A DNA stretch of 63,719 nucleotides, counting the filler, from Octopus bimaculoides (lineage: Eukaryota): NCBI RefSeq assembly GCF_001194135.2. It is 5 parts of 5 records of this genome, joined end to end, with 100 filler letters (N's around TTAATTAATTAA, not from the genome) between each part and the next. Parts side by side here need not be neighbours in the genome. Positions count along the whole stretch, not along the records: positions 33,701 to 55,305 come from NC_068997.1; 4 more parts are not named here. The stretch is one strand, 5' to 3'. The translations under genes and the position numbers were made by a program. Positions 35,657 to 50,235 of the stretch are shown piece after piece (positions within the stretch are counted from its first letter, which is position 1; each line of letters starts with the position of its first letter). The notes under the pieces were generated by a model. The model was not told where the DNA came from. It ran no database searches and saw only the letters and a program-made list of their open reading frames with translations.

Positions 35657-35899
35657 GAGAAAAGAGGTTTATTTCCATGTGGGAAAGAATATAAGTAAGT
35701 TTGTTTTGGGGGTTGAAAATGTGCCTGAGTCTTTAAACAAAAATGTTGTTTAATTTTTTTTTAGCAAATTTATTAAAATACCATACCAGTTTTAGCAATT
35801 TTCTGTTTTTCAAAGGTAAATAAAAAAATTGGTTAGAGAAGATTAAAGGCACAAGAGAAAATTCAGAGAAGCATGCTCAAAAAACCAAATGTTTCATGA

Positions 35900-36360
35900 A
35901 TTTCATAACAATCATGTGTCACTGAATGTTCAGTAGCAATGAGTTATATTATCAATTAGATATGGCGAAAGGTCTTTTTACAATTTCTGCCATAGTGAAC
36001 AAAGGAGGATTCCTTGTTACTGGTTTTGCTGGTCAGAGCTTGATTTGCTTTAAACTGAATTTGCTTTAAACTGAATTTGCTTTGTGTGTGTATATAGGTT
36101 TTTTAAGATATCGGTTCAAGTTCTGATTGGTGACATCACTTGCATTTGTTCACCTGTGGTCCAGTAGTTTGGTTGACTGGTTTTTTAGTGAATAAACTGA
36201 GTTTTCTCATTCTAGTATGTTGTTATAGAGTATTCAGTTGTGGTTTGTATTTCTTAATAAATATATTTTCCTTATTTAAATGGAATTAGGCTGAAGTGTT
36301 TCAGATGCATTGATACAGAGGGAAAGTTAGGTATTTTTGATGCTTGTTCATGGGGCACAG
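35900..36360 (-). mobile_element. Penelope-like GIY-YIG C-terminus and 3' region, degenerate
   Basis: rc ...ENIFIKKYKPQLN at ~36235-36275 matches the E..FI....P.LN end motif of PLE endonucleases. Confidence 0.5.
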
Positions 36361-36566
36361 ATCTAGATGTTTATATACATATATATAAGTTGTCTTTGCT
36401 GTTAAAGAGTTTCCTTCTCACCCATGTGGATTTTGGGTTCAATCCTACTACAAAGCATCTTAGGAAAGTCTCTTTCACAATGTCCTCAGGCTGCCCAATG
36501 CAAGAGTTTGGCAGAGAGAAACTGTACGCACACACACACATATGCACACACGCACACATGCACACA

Positions 36567-36599
<33 letters not shown>

Positions 36600-37262
36600 T
36601 TGATATTTGAAATACATATTTATATTTAAAATATAGGCTTTATTTATCCATTTATTTATTTGTTTCAAAGATTTATTTCATTTTTTGAGAAAAGGAAGAA
36701 ACTCAGACAAATGGAAAAAGCAAAAACAAACAAAAAATTTATTTACTTNNNNNNNNNNNNNNNNNNNNNNNNNNNNNNNNNNNNNNNNNNNNNNNNNNNN
36801 NNNNNNNNNNNNNNNNNNNNNNNNNNNNNNNNNNNNNNNNNNNNNNNNNNNNNNNNNNNNNNNNNNNNNNNGGTGGTGGTGGTGGTGGTGGTGGTAGTAG
36901 TGATGGGGTGGTGGTAGTGATGGTGGTGAGAGTGGTGCTGTCGAGGGGGCTGTTATGGTGATGGTAGTGGTGATGTGGTGATAGTTGTAGTGGTGCTGAT
37001 GGTGGTAGTGATGCTGACGGTGCTGGTTGTGTTGTAGTGGTTTGTAGTGGTAACAATGGTAGCAGTTGTGATGGTAGTGGTTGGGTTGTAATAGTGATAG
37101 TGGTAATGGTGATGGTAGTAGTGGTGGTAGTAGTAGTGGGGGTGATGGTGTTGATGGTGGTAGTGGATTTGAAATTAATGATGAAGGCAGTACTGGTGAT
37201 GGTTCTGGTTGTGTCAGTAGAGGTGATCATGGGAGTATCTGAGTTTCTTATCAGACAGGTAG

Positions 37263-37440
37263 TGCATGAAGACATTCAGTATTCCTCATACAAAATGAGA
37301 AAGGGTCAATTTTTATCCCAAGCCATCAAGGACAAGAGGAAAGACCATGTTATGAAGCTTTTGAACAAACTCAAGTGTACCCTCCAACTGAACATGCTTT
37401 GGTTTTTCTCGGATGAGAAAATTTTGTGCTAGGATCAGAT
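37263..37440 (+). mobile_element. Middle fragment of the DD37D transposase (first catalytic D region)
   Basis: VHEDIQYSSYKMRKGQFLSQAIKDKRKDHVMKLLNKLK...LWFFSDEK. Confidence 0.7.
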
Positions 37441-37474
<34 letters not shown>

Positions 37475-37485
37475 NNNNNNNNNNN

Positions 37486-37541
<56 letters not shown>

Positions 37542-38743
37542 ACACACACACACACAAGATGGGCTTCTTTCAGTTTTTGCCTATTCAATTCACTTTGGCT
37601 GATGCAGGACACTTGCTCAAGGTGTCACAAAGTGTGTTAGAACATGTGGGGGAGAAGCAAACTTCTGACTGCACAACCATACCATTCCATGGTACTTCCT
37701 CAGTTTTTTGTTCCTATGGTCAATCCTCTATGTTTTATCAAAGGAGATAGACTGGTCAATTGTATGTGCTGAATTAGAAGCTATGGTGAACCACTGGCAA
37801 TGGTCGAATTAATTGAAACCATGAAAAGCATTAAGAAATATATCTTAACTTAAAATTAAAATAAAGAGAAATAAAACTAAAACTAGTTTAATTAAAATCA
37901 TAACTTTAAGTAAAACAAATTAATTAAGTGAAAACTTAAGAAAAAGTGAATTATTAAAAATTCTTACTTCTCCTAATATAAATTAATTAAAGCAACAACT
38001 TAAATTAAAACAAATTAATTAGAATTACGACTAAAAATATAATGCGACAGACTTGAAATTACTACCGAAACTTTAAAAGCCAAATATTTGTTTCATCTCC
38101 ATGCATTTATGGCTTTTCCAATATGGTAACATTCATAGACAGACTGCCCCACTAACCCTGTCTCAAACCACCACACTTCTTCACACTTCCACATGGCCGC
38201 CTTCCACCTCCCTACAGCCTCACACCACCACATGGTCTAACCCTGCCATATGGCCTCACACCACCACACAACCTCAAAGCACAACATTGCCTTCCACCAC
38301 CTCATAACATGCACCATTGGCAATGTTGCAACCAACAGTTGTGATTTGAACAACTTTCTGTATATTAACTGAATCATTGTATCTGTCATGGGCCTGAGAT
38401 ATCTTATCATAGTCATTTTGGTGCCACTGATTCAACAGACATCAAATATTCTAATGTTTTTCTCATTCTCTCTCTCTCTCTCCCTCTCTTTGTTTATGTG
38501 TATGAGAGGGAAACAGATTGTTTTCAATTAATATATTGTAACATCTCTTTCTCTCCCCACCTCTCTCTCTCTCTCTCTTTCTATATCTTTATGTGTATAT
38601 TTCATCATGCATGTTTTTGCCTCCAGTACATTTTGCCAAAACGGGCTGAGTATCCAGTGAACCATGTCAAATTGTCAGCATCTACACAGCCACATGCATC
38701 ATCTCATTCTGACTCATTAAAATACTTACTCAAATCTTTAAAA

Positions 38744-38999
38744 CAGTGCTTCTCAACCAGGGTCAGTATGGCCCTTAGGGTCCATATATGATTTTGTAGT
38801 TAAAATTTATGTGAAATGAATTGTTTATACTTTTACAGTAAACAAAATATTTTAGGAACTGTTTTATACAATTCCTTATAATATTTAATTAAAAAACACA
38901 GTAGGATATTTTTATATATATCAAATGGCTATGGAGGTCCAGCAGAGTAAACTAGGTATCAAAAGGGTTCCTTAAGTGAAAAATAGTTGAGAACCACTG
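38744..38999. mobile_element. hAT (Charlie/MER20-like) MITE with an 8-bp TSD
   Basis: TIRs CAGTGCTTCTCAAC / GTTGAGAACCACTG; TSD CTTTAAAA at 38736-38743 and 39000-39007. Partial relatives at 39060-39250, 39600-39810, 19290-19380 and 43880-44005. Confidence 0.88.
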
Positions 39000-40657
39000 C
39001 TTTAAAATAACCATTCCATACTTCATAATATCCACTGAATCCTTCCTAATAAACAACTTGGACCTCCATAGCCATTCGATGCATTAAAAAAAAATCCTGC
39101 TGTAGTTTTATATTTAGATATTATCAGGAATTGCATAAAAAATTTTAGTATTGTTGAAATATAATCAATTTTATTGCACATAATTTAGACCACAAAATCA
39201 AATATGGACTTTGCAAGGGCCATATTGACCCTGGTTGCAAACCACTGTTTTAAAGATTTGAGCAAGTATTTTGATGGGTCAGAATGAGACAATGGGTGTG
39301 CTTGTGTAGATGCTGACAATTTGCAGTTCTTATTGCAACCAATATCAAATGTCTTGACAACCATGCTGCAACACAGACATAATATGCTCACACTAACCCC
39401 CTCTGTACAACATTATAACTCTCTCTACTACTGCTCCTTCATTTACCACACAACACCCATCTCTACAACACTATGCACCCTTCACCAGCATGCCATATAC
39501 ACACCATATGCTACCACAATACACATCAGACTCTAAGCAACATGCCACACTACACATTAGTGGTTCTCAGTCATTTTTTCCTATTGATATATTTGAGGCC
39601 TATTTTACTTTAGTGGATCCTTATAGCCGTTCGATGCTTATAAAATCCTATCATATTTCTATAATTAAATATTATTAGGAATTGTATAAAAGAAATTGTT
39701 AAAATATTTCGTTTACAGTAAAAGTAGAACCAATTTATTGCAGATAAAATTTAACAACAAAATCTTAAATGGACCCCCGAGGGTTATATGAACTCCAGTT
39801 GAGAACCACTGTTAAGCACCATCATGCTATATACTACATTATATACTGCCACACTCACACTCAAAACAAAGCTATACATTAACACACTACATACCTTCAT
39901 TATACACACTTCACACACTATTCTCTATGTTATTATATATGATATGTAGCAGAAATATACTTNNNNNNNNNNNNNNNNNNNNNNNNNNNNNNNNNNNNNN
40001 NNNNNNNNNNNNNNNNNNNNNNNNNNNNNNNNNNNNNNNNNNNNNNNNNNNNNNNNNNNNNNNNNNNNNNNNNNNNNNNNNNNNNNNNNNNNNNNNNNNN
40101 NNNNNNNNNNNNNNNNNNNNNNNNNNNNNNNNNNNNNNNNNNNNNNNNNNNNNNNNNNNNNNNNNNNNNNNNNNNNNNNNNNNNNNNNNNNNNNNNNNNN
40201 NNNNNNNNNNNNNNNNNNNNNNNNNNNNNNNNNNNNNNNNNNNNNNNNNNNNNNNNNNNNNNNNNNNNNNNNNNNNNNNNNNNNNNNNNNNNNNNNNNNN
40301 NNNNNNNNNNNNNNNNNNNNNNNNNNNNNNNNNNNNNNNNNNNNNNNNNNNNNNNNNNNNNNNNNNNNNNNNNNNNNNNNNNNNNNNNNNNNNNNNNNNN
40401 NNNNNNNNNNNNNNNNNNNNNNNNNNNNNNNNNNNNNNNNNNNNNNNNNATATATATATATATATATATATAGCATAAGTATGTGTATGCATCCATGAAT
40501 GTCTGTGTATATGTACATTTGCATATTTGGTTGTGTATGTGGGAGACAGAGACAAACAGATCAGACAGAGCTTGAGAGAGAAATATATGATATATTATAT
40601 ATATTAGATACACGCACACATATACAAACAAATATATATCTATATGTATATACATAT

Positions 40658-40696
<39 letters not shown>

Positions 40697-40728
40697 TATA
40701 TATATAGATATACACATACATATATATA

Positions 40729-41576
40729 CAGGGTGCAGTGAATATATTGTTGTCTAAATTACACAGAAATGAAAATAACACTGACATTTCATTTTAACAG
40801 ACATATTTATCAAAAATATATAAAAATATCTTTAAATACAAAAGAGTAAATTTATTCAATAAAATCACCATTGGCTTCAACCACGGCTTCCAGACGACTT
40901 TGGAATCTCCTGCAACTCTTCTGGACGATCTCCTTGTTTAAGTTGGTGAATGCTGCCATAATCCTTACTTTCAGTTCATCTTTGGTGTAACAAGGAGTTT
41001 TGTGGGTCTCTTGCTCAACTGTGTCCCACACACAATAATCAAAGGGGTCGCAGTCTATGGACTTAGGTGGCCAAATGTTAAGGGTGATGTGGTTGCAGAA
41101 ATTGTTTGACAGCCATGACTGAGTTCTTCTGCTTGTGATGTATGGTGCAGAGTCCTGTTGCCAGACATAGAGTCTTCCAGCAGCCACTCTCTTGACCCAG
41201 AGTAGCACTTGATGTAGGCCTTTATGCTGAGTCTAAGGGTGTGTGGGAATATGAATGGAGGCCATCACAAGTGATCACTCCAAACACCACAATGTTAACG
41301 GGAGGTTTGATTTTTATTTCTCTCTCGGTACTTGTCCTCAGATTGACACCCAAACACTCTGAAATGTTGATATTGTACTTTCTGGCATTCATGCCAAGCA
41401 GTACAGCATGTCATTTCCAAATTTCTGGCAGAATGAATTGCATCATAGTGCTGTTTTTCTCACAGACAGTGCCCAACTGGCCCCCTATACTGTGTAGTTG
41501 ACAAAATCAAAAGCAAACAATGCACAAGCACGAAATTGAAGCTATAAAATGGCGACAATTTACCCATCGCACCATG
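40729..41576 (-). mobile_element. DD37D (maT) internally deleted element
   Basis: Both TIRs flanked by TA; WQQDSAPYITSRRTQ...PKSIDCDPFDYC...LEAVVEANGDFIE. Confidence 0.88.
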
Positions 41577-42608
41577 TATATACATACGTTTTCATATCTC
41601 TGTGTGTGGTGTGTTTAACCACGCACGCACACACACACACACACACACTGACATACACACATACTAACATGCACGCATACATACACATGTATATCTATCT
41701 ATCTATCTATCTATTTATATATATATCATATATATATATATATATATATATATAAGCATATATATATGTATACATATATGCACATACACACACACACACA
41801 TATATGTATATATATATATATATTTACATACATACATATTTATATGTATGTGCGTGTAATGTGTGTAATCACGCACACACACACACACACACACACACCC
41901 ATACATATGGGGGAGAGATGAACAGATATACATAGAGAGCGACTGTAAGTGACTATCTTGACAGCCGCTATTTAACACTAGTGGAGCATTTAATCAGTTA
42001 TCTGACGTTTCAATTTCGGATTTCCTTTTTCCTGTCGATTCTTGATTCCCAGACATCAGTAATAGATCGGTGCCATTCCCAGCAACTATTAAATTAAATG
42101 GCAAAATGTACAAAAACAAAAACAAAAACAGAATAAGTAAATAAAAAAAATATATGCTTATAAGTTGCCACATATAAAAAAAATATTAGGATGCAAAAAG
42201 CTATGATGCCATTCCGAGATCACTTTTGGTGTTAAACATGAGATATAACCATTTTTAGGTTCCATATAGATATTTCCACACTGATATTATGAAAGGTTTC
42301 ATGTGGTTATGATATCTAGGATTTATTAGGAAGGTAATCAAATGAATATTAACGCAGCTGTTACATATTTGATTAAATGATACTATCGGTTATCATATAT
42401 CATATATTAAAAGTAAATATATCTTGTATATCAAGCAAATGTGGATATATCTATATATATATATATATATTGTGAGAGAAACACACACCCATCATATATT
42501 AATTATAAAAGTGCATGTAGGTGTATAAACATAGATATGCCTAAGCAATACTAAACATACACATACACATGTATGTATATATGTATGTGTATATATATAT
42601 ATATATAT

Positions 42609-42641
42609 AAAGTGTAGTATATTGCCACTTAAGTGTGGCTG
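42609..42641 (-). mobile_element. 3' end of the hammerhead-bearing repeat, copy 3 (rest lies in a gap)
   Basis: AAAGTGTAGTATATTGCCACTTAAGTGTGGCTG, identical to the 3' end of the 33308-33545 copy. Confidence 0.7.
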
Positions 42642-43566
42642 NNNNNNNNNNNNNNNNNNNNNNNNNNNNNNNNNNNNNNNNNNNNNNNNNNNNNNNNNNN
42701 NNNNNNNNNNNNNNNNNNNNNNNNNNNNNNNNNNNNNNNNNNNNNNNNNNNNNNNNNNNNNNNNNNNNNNNNNNNNNNNNNNNNNNNNNNNNNNNNNNNN
42801 NNNNNNNNNNNNNNNNNNNNNNNNNNNNNNNNNNNNNNNNNNNNNNNNNNNNNNNNNNNNNNNNNNNNNNNNNNNNNNNNNNNNNNNNNNNNNNNNNNNN
42901 NNNNNNNNNNNNNNNNNNNNNNNNNNNNNNNNNNNNNNNNNNNNNNNNNNNNNNNNNNNNNNNNNNNNNNNNNNNNNNNNNNNNNNNNNNNNNNNNNNNN
43001 NNNNNNNNNNNNNNNNNNNNNNNNNNNNNNNNNNNNNNNNNNNNNNNNNNNNNNNNNNNNNNNNNNNNNNNNNNNNNNNNNNNNNNNNNNNNNNNNNNNN
43101 NNNNNNNNNNNNNNNNNNNNNNNNNNNNNNNNNNNNNNNNNNNNNNNNNNNNNNNNNNNNNNNNNNNNNNNNNNNNNNNNNNNNNNNNNNNNNNNNNNNN
43201 NNNGATTCCGATTTCACTTGCCCCAACAGGTCTTTACAAGCAGAGTTTAGTGTTCAATGAAGGAGAGGTTGGCATGGGTGCCAGTCGTTGGATTCGGTTC
43301 GATTTCGATTTCCTCATCTGACACTGGATCACCTCCTCCAATGCCACCCACCCCCACTTATAGCAAGTCATCTGTTTCTGCTTCTCAGTCTCTTTGTCAT
43401 CCTCTAAATATTCATCCTCTGACACAAGTTCCCCCTCCTCAAATGCCCCTGCCCCTCTCATAACTCCTTGTCTTGTGAATTAACTGGTAACCCTGACAGT
43501 GCTGGTGCCACATAAAAAGCATCCAGTCCACACTCTAAAGTGGTTGGAATTTGGAAAGGCATCCAG

Positions 43567-43660
<94 letters not shown>
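43567..43660. repeat. Perfect (TG)n microsatellite
   Basis: Direct inspection. Confidence 0.95.
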
Positions 43661-43664
<4 letters not shown>

Positions 43665-46637
43665 CTATGTGTCTGCGTTTGTCCTCTACCACTTAACAAC
43701 CAGTGCTTGTGTGTTTATACCTCCATAACTTAGTGGCTCAGCAAAAGAAACTGATAAAATAAGTACCAGGTTTAGAAAATAAACACTGGGAGTGATTCAT
43801 TCGACTATAAGTTCTCCAACGCAGTGCCCCAGCATGGCCACAGTCTAATGACTGAAACAAGTAAATGATAAAAAATAAATTCCTGGTAATATAAAAATAC
43901 CATAGGATTTCTTTTTTATACACATCGAATGGCTATGAGGATCCAGTTAGAGTAAAATAAGAATTAAAGTAACCCAGGGGCAAAAACTGGTTGGGAACCA
44001 CTAGACTAAGCCCTTCAAGGCTTGTGCTCTAGTATGACCACAGTCCAGTAACTGAAGCAAACAGAATTGAAAGGATAAATAAAAAGATACTCCTACAACA
44101 TCTTTTCATTCACACATATATATACGTACAAACAATGAAACACTGCTATTATTCTGTTGTTCCAACACACTGCACTTAAACATAGAGATTGATGACAAAA
44201 CTGTAGTAAACAGCTTTAAACTGCTTCCGAAAATAAAACTCATCAATAATTGTCAATAATGAAAAAAATATTGATTAGGAAAGATGTTCTTTTCATTTTG
44301 TTCTTCTTTTCTTTTTGTTTCTGAATGTGTTTTTCTTTTTTTAGCTTCAGAAATTTCTAGAAATTCTTCTGAAAAAAAAAAAAAAGAAAGAAAGAAAGAA
44401 GGAAGGAAGTTTCCTACAAATTATATAGTTTCTAAAACAAAAGAGTTGATTTAATTTTTTTAAATTTTGTTTTTTTTTTTNNNNNNNNNNNNNNNNNNNN
44501 NNNNNNNNNNNNNNNNNNNNNNNNNNNNNNNNNNNNNNNNNNNNNNNNNNNNNNNNNNNNNNNNNNNNNNNNNNNNNNNNNNNNNNNNNNNNNNNNNNNN
44601 NNNNNNNNNNNNNNNNNNNNNNNNNNNNNNNNNNNNNNNNNNNNNNNNNNNNNNNNNNNNNNNNNNNNNNNNNNNNNNNNNNNNNNNNNNNNNNNNNNNN
44701 NNNNNNNNNNNNNNNNNNNNNNNNNNNNNNNNNNNNNNNNNNNNNNNNNNNNNNNNNNNNNNNNNNNNNNNNNNNNNNNNNNNNNNNNNNNNNNNNNNNN
44801 NNNNNNNNNNNNNNNNNNNNNNNNNNNNNNNNNNNNNNNNNNNNNNNNNNNNNNNNNNNNNNNNNNNNNNNNNNNNNNNNNNNNNNNNNNNNNNNNNNNN
44901 NNNNNNNNNNNNNNNNNNNNNNNNNNNNNNNNNNNNNNNNNNNNNNNNNNNNNNNNNNNNNNNNNNNNNNNNNNNNNNNNNNNNNNNNNNNNNNNNNNNN
45001 NNNNNNNNNNNNNNNNNNNNNNNNNNNNNNNNNNNNNNNNNNNNNNNNNNNNNNNNNNNNNNNNNNNNNNNNNNNNNNNNNNNNNNNNNNNNNNNNNNNN
45101 NNNNNNNNNNNNNNNNNNNNNATATATACATACACATGTTATACATGTATACACACACATATGTATGCACTTACACACACACACACACACAGACTAAGCA
45201 TAGCTGATAAATTGAGTAGATTGTGTCAAACAGACAAAGCATGGAGAGTATTTTTGGTCAACTCTATCAGACTAAATAAATACCTTACATTCTTTTGCAT
45301 CCTGAGTTCAAATCCTGCCCGAATCAAGGTCAACTTTGTCTTTTACCATTTCAGATCAGAGATAGATGGTTGTGGTGAGGAATGTTGGTGTGATAAAATC
45401 ATTTCTAATAGGGTACATAAATTTGTATAAGTCGTATGAAATCCTCCCTTGTAATCTGTATCGTTGTGAGAATGTCAGAAATAATTACCATTATTGTCAA
45501 AGAGATCTTGTCAGCTTGTCCCATTCAATAATGCCTAGTAGGGGTTAGAGGTCACCCTTTCTGCATGTCACTAGCAGGTACCATAGCAGTAATACTTTGA
45601 ACAAAAAGCCAATTGTTGCTAGTCGAAGAATTTGCCAAATTCATTTCTTCTGCTGAAGGCTGACGTAACATTGTTTAGTTTGAATCAAAAAAACTGGAAT
45701 AATTTATGCAAAAACCTTCTTGTCATCTTATTTCTTATTATTCCATTCATTTTCATGAATAAGTCATTTGGTCTGTTCTGAATGAATTCCTTTCAGAAAT
45801 ACCAATAAATAAATAAATAAATAAAGTAAAATAAATAAAATTAAAAAAGGCAAAATAATGAACAAAAAAGCAAAACCTATCACCAGAATTATTTTTTTGT
45901 TTTTGTAAGTTCAGTTCAAGGAGGTGGAAGGATTGGAGGGTAAGTGGGAGGAATAATGGTATCAAAATGAAAATAAAAACAAATAAAAAACAAGATTAAA
46001 ACTAGTTTCTGATTTCATATTTGATGGAAGTGCTTAGAAGTAAATGTTTTATTCAAGAATTTGGACACAGACAGTTTTGTGTGCATGCATACATGTGTGT
46101 GTGTGTACGTGTGTGTGTGTGTGAGTGAGTGTGTATGTGTGTATGTGTGTGTGTGTACGTGTGTGTGTGTGCACGTGCGTGTATGTATGCACATGTGCTT
46201 ATATATACATATTATGTATATATTATATTATTAATATATTATGTTATATGTTATTTTATATATTATCAATGGAACTGGTAAAGGTCATGACACTAATATG
46301 ATCAAATGACATTGGTGTTTGTGAGAGAACTCTTAAACCATTCATGGCAGAACTCTCCTGCTGAAACTTCAACAATTCGTTATTATTGTTATTGTTGCAA
46401 TAGCCCATGTATACATACATACATACATACATATACACACACGCACGTGCAGACACAAACACACACACACAATATTAATATTTGTTTCCATGACAAGTAA
46501 TATATAAAAACAATTCAACATTAAAATGACAGATTACTTAATTCTTTTAGTAGAATATATGTTTATCAACTTTTATAAGGAAAAGGTTGACAGTGACTTC
46601 AAAGTTTTGGCTTGTTCGTCTTCATCAGACTGTCATA

Positions 46638-46690
<53 letters not shown>

Positions 46691-47244
46691 ATATATATGG
46701 CACAAGAATGAAGGACAACTCAGAATAATAATTATATAGGAAATTCACAATTAGACATTGTGTGTTACCATCATCAGCTGCTAAACGGATGTCACTATGA
46801 TCCCAACACCTGGGCGATACCACTGAAACTGGTGGGGTCAACAGTGTTAAAAATATAAACACTGCCTCGGAATCCACCAGCTTATTACTAAAAGTAGCAA
46901 CATCAAAGTAAACAAACAGTATTAACTTTTAGTTACAAAATAGTATTTATAAAACAAAGGACTTATTCTGAAACGGACATTCAGACAATACAACAAACAC
47001 AGACTACTTGATACATTGTTTCTCGATGTACAACACATCACAAACGTCGTATCACACAAAAAGCAAGCTAAATAAAGACTAGTGGAACTGTACATCTCAT
47101 AAACAATGTCCTTCAACGATATGCAGGCAAACGGACAAGCTTAGATCAATATCTATGAAATATGTTCAATACTATAAAAATATATAAACCAAATAAATTG
47201 CTTATTAAAAGTAAAACAACAAAATAAAAATAGATATATATATA

Positions 47245-47495
47245 GGCGCAGGAGTGGCTGTGTGGTAAGTAGCTTGCTTACCAACCACATGGTTCTGGGT
47301 TCAGTCCCACTGCGTGGCACCTTGGGCGAGTGTCTTCTACTATAGCCTCGGGTCGACCAAAGCCTTGTGAGTGTATTTGGTCGACGGAAACTGAAAGAAG
47401 CTCGTCGTATATATGTATATATATATATATATGTGTATGTGTGTGTTTGTGTGTCTGTGTTTGTCCCCCCAGCATCGCTTGACAACTGATGTGTG
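47245..47495 (+). mobile_element. Young SINE family A (CpGs retained)
   Basis: GGCGCAGGAGTGGCTGTGTGGTAAGTAGCTTGC...GGTCGACCAAAGCC. Confidence 0.85.
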
Positions 47496-48879
47496 CATAT
47501 GTTATTCATAAAGTATGTATGTGCTGTTTATAAAGTTGTGTGTGATTTATAAAGTATGAGTGTTTGTAGCATTTTTTAAGTATGTTTCAGAACATGTATG
47601 TGTTATTTATAAAGAACAAATAATATTTCATTTTCAGAATCATTAAACTAAAATTAAATACCTTGTGGTATTCAACTACAATACTCTGTTTTGCTTTTAA
47701 ATCCAACTGAAGCCAACTTTGCCTTTCATCCTTACAGAGCTGATAAAATAAACTACCAGTCAAATATTGGTGCTCATTTAAGTGATGAGTGTTGATGGCC
47801 ATTCTTCATGGCAACACCTTTGCTATTATGTCTGTGAGGTGCAGTTGGACACTGTTGAGACTGGGGTGTACAGACTGTTACTCCCTTTCCACCCTTTCTT
47901 TCATTGCTTGATTCTCTTGTATTTTTTATTTGTTCTCTTGTTGAAGGAACTTTATGGTAGCTGGGTGGTTGATTTCTGATTTCAATTATATTTTTGAAAA
48001 GCAAAAGATCAGCTTAATTACAGTAAGTCTAATTTTAATGTTCCTATTAAATATCTTTGATGAGAATGGAATTAGAATAGATGACTTAAACTGGTCAATG
48101 TAAACTCATGAAACTATTGTCATTCTTGTTGTCATCATTGTTGTTGTTGTTGTTTGTGGCAGTGGTGTGGTTGTTGTTGTTGTTGTCCTTATTTATAAGA
48201 CCATAGCTCAGTAGAAAGACACAGCTGTAGGAAAGCCGATCATCAATCAGTAAAATAAAAATGAATCCGACAATATGTAAATGAACGAAATCAATATGCA
48301 AACGAGCTAAGTTTGTAGGAACTATTCCAGTCATGTTAACACGTGTGAATAATTGGATATAAAAGCACAAATAGTCAACAATCAATATTAATTTTATTTC
48401 ACTGAAGTTGGATAAAAAGAATCAGTTGTTAGAAGATGACAAACATGAACAACAGAGGGCGGTCTCATCACCATCAAGTATTGTCTGATCTCAGCAAGTT
48501 TCATATCAAAGATCATTCTAGCATTATCTATGGTAAACTACAGGTAGGACATATAAGAAGGGATGGTCAACTGGGACGCTGGTTTGGGACCCTAGGATCT
48601 AAGGAGGGACCTGAAGATCCAGGACAGGTCTTGAAGATTCAAAGAGTGGCTTGGTGATCTAAGGAGGAGTCTGGAGATCCAAGGAAAGGCCCAAAGATTC
48701 AGTGGTGAGAGGAGATTTGATGAATAGCTATGAAGGTCCTCCTCCTCTGTGTAAAATAGGAATCAAAGGGGCCCATTGGCAAAAAATGATTGAGAACTAC
48801 TGTTTTAGCCTGTCAACACTTGGCATAACGCCACCTGCTCTTTGTTACACCTCCAGTCAGTCAGAGGGTTTCTTTGGTA

Positions 48880-49090
48880 ATGTAAATTACTTGGCAACCT
48901 CATTGGTGCTGGTGCTGTGGAAAAAGCAGCCAGTACACACTGTAGAGTTGTTGGCATTAGGAAGGGCATTCAGTTGTAGAAACCATAGCAAGGTGGACAT
49001 TGGAACATGAAACAGGTCTTGGGCACATTGCATCTGGACAATTCATCCAGCTCGTAGCAGCATGAAACATGGATGTTAAATGATGATAAT
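48880..49090 (+). mobile_element. Older RTE-3'-end-like element
   Basis: GTTGGCATTAGGAAGGGCATTCAG...ATGGATGTTAAATGATGAT. Confidence 0.6.
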
Positions 49091-49489
49091 GGTGATGATG
49101 ATATGTAAATATATAATACACATGCACACACACAAACACACACACACACACACATTCACACATATATATATTCATACATATCTATACACACACGAACACG
49201 CACACACACATACATGTATATGATGATGATCATCATATATATACACATGCATATAGACACTCACACATGCGCGTGTATAAATGTGTGTGTATGTGTGTTT
49301 ACTAGTAGCTGCTGTCTGTCTTTATATACATCTATTTAACTGAGGCAGAGAGAGATAAAGAGAAGAGAGAGAAGGAGAGAGATAGAGAGAGGAGAAAGAT
49401 AGAGAGGAGAGAGATAGAGAGAGACAAACAGACAGACAATATATCAACATCATGTACATCCATTGTTTCTGCATGATCAAAGTTTTATA

Positions 49490-49494
49490 TTTTC

Positions 49495-49529
<35 letters not shown>

Positions 49530-49989
49530 CTTGCTTTTTTTTTTATTTGCCTATTTCTCTGTAAATCTCTTTATTTTTTTCTTTTTGCTCTCCCTATCTA
49601 TCTCTGCTCACTAACACCTTTCTCACCTCCTCTCTCTCTCTCTCTCTCACTCACTCTTTCTTTGTTATACTCTCTCCTTGTCCCATATTTCTCTGTCACT
49701 CTCTTTCTATTTCCCTGTCATTCTTTATCTCTTTCCCTCTGTCTCTATTTGTCTCCCCCTTTCTCCTGCCCCCCCCCCCACACACATTCTCCTCTCTATA
49801 ATTGCTCTCTCTCAGTCTTTCTCTCTCTCAGTCTTTCTCTCTCTCTCATTCACTCTCTCTTCCTCTTTCTTTCTCTTTCTCTCTCTGTAGCTACTGTCTC
49901 TCTCTCTCTCTCTCTAACTACTGGCTCTCTGTATTACACACAAATACACACACACCCTTTCACTTTCTCTCTCTCTCTTTTTCTCTCTT

Positions 49990-50032
<43 letters not shown>

Positions 50033-50202
50033 CTACTGTCTCTCTGTCTCGCACACAAACACACACTCTCTCTCTCTTAAAAATACTATCTCTCTCTATC
50101 TCTCTCTGTCATTTATCTCTGTTCCTCTCTCTATGCCTGTCTATCACACTGTCTCATTCTTTCTCCCACCTCTGTCTCTGTCACTGTCTCTCTCTGTCTC
50201 TG

Positions 50203-50235
<33 letters not shown>

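Noticed and set aside
41545-41576. AAAATGGCG start/YY1-like motif as a gene 5' end
   Set aside because: It is the reverse complement of the maT terminal repeat seen at 12190-12230.
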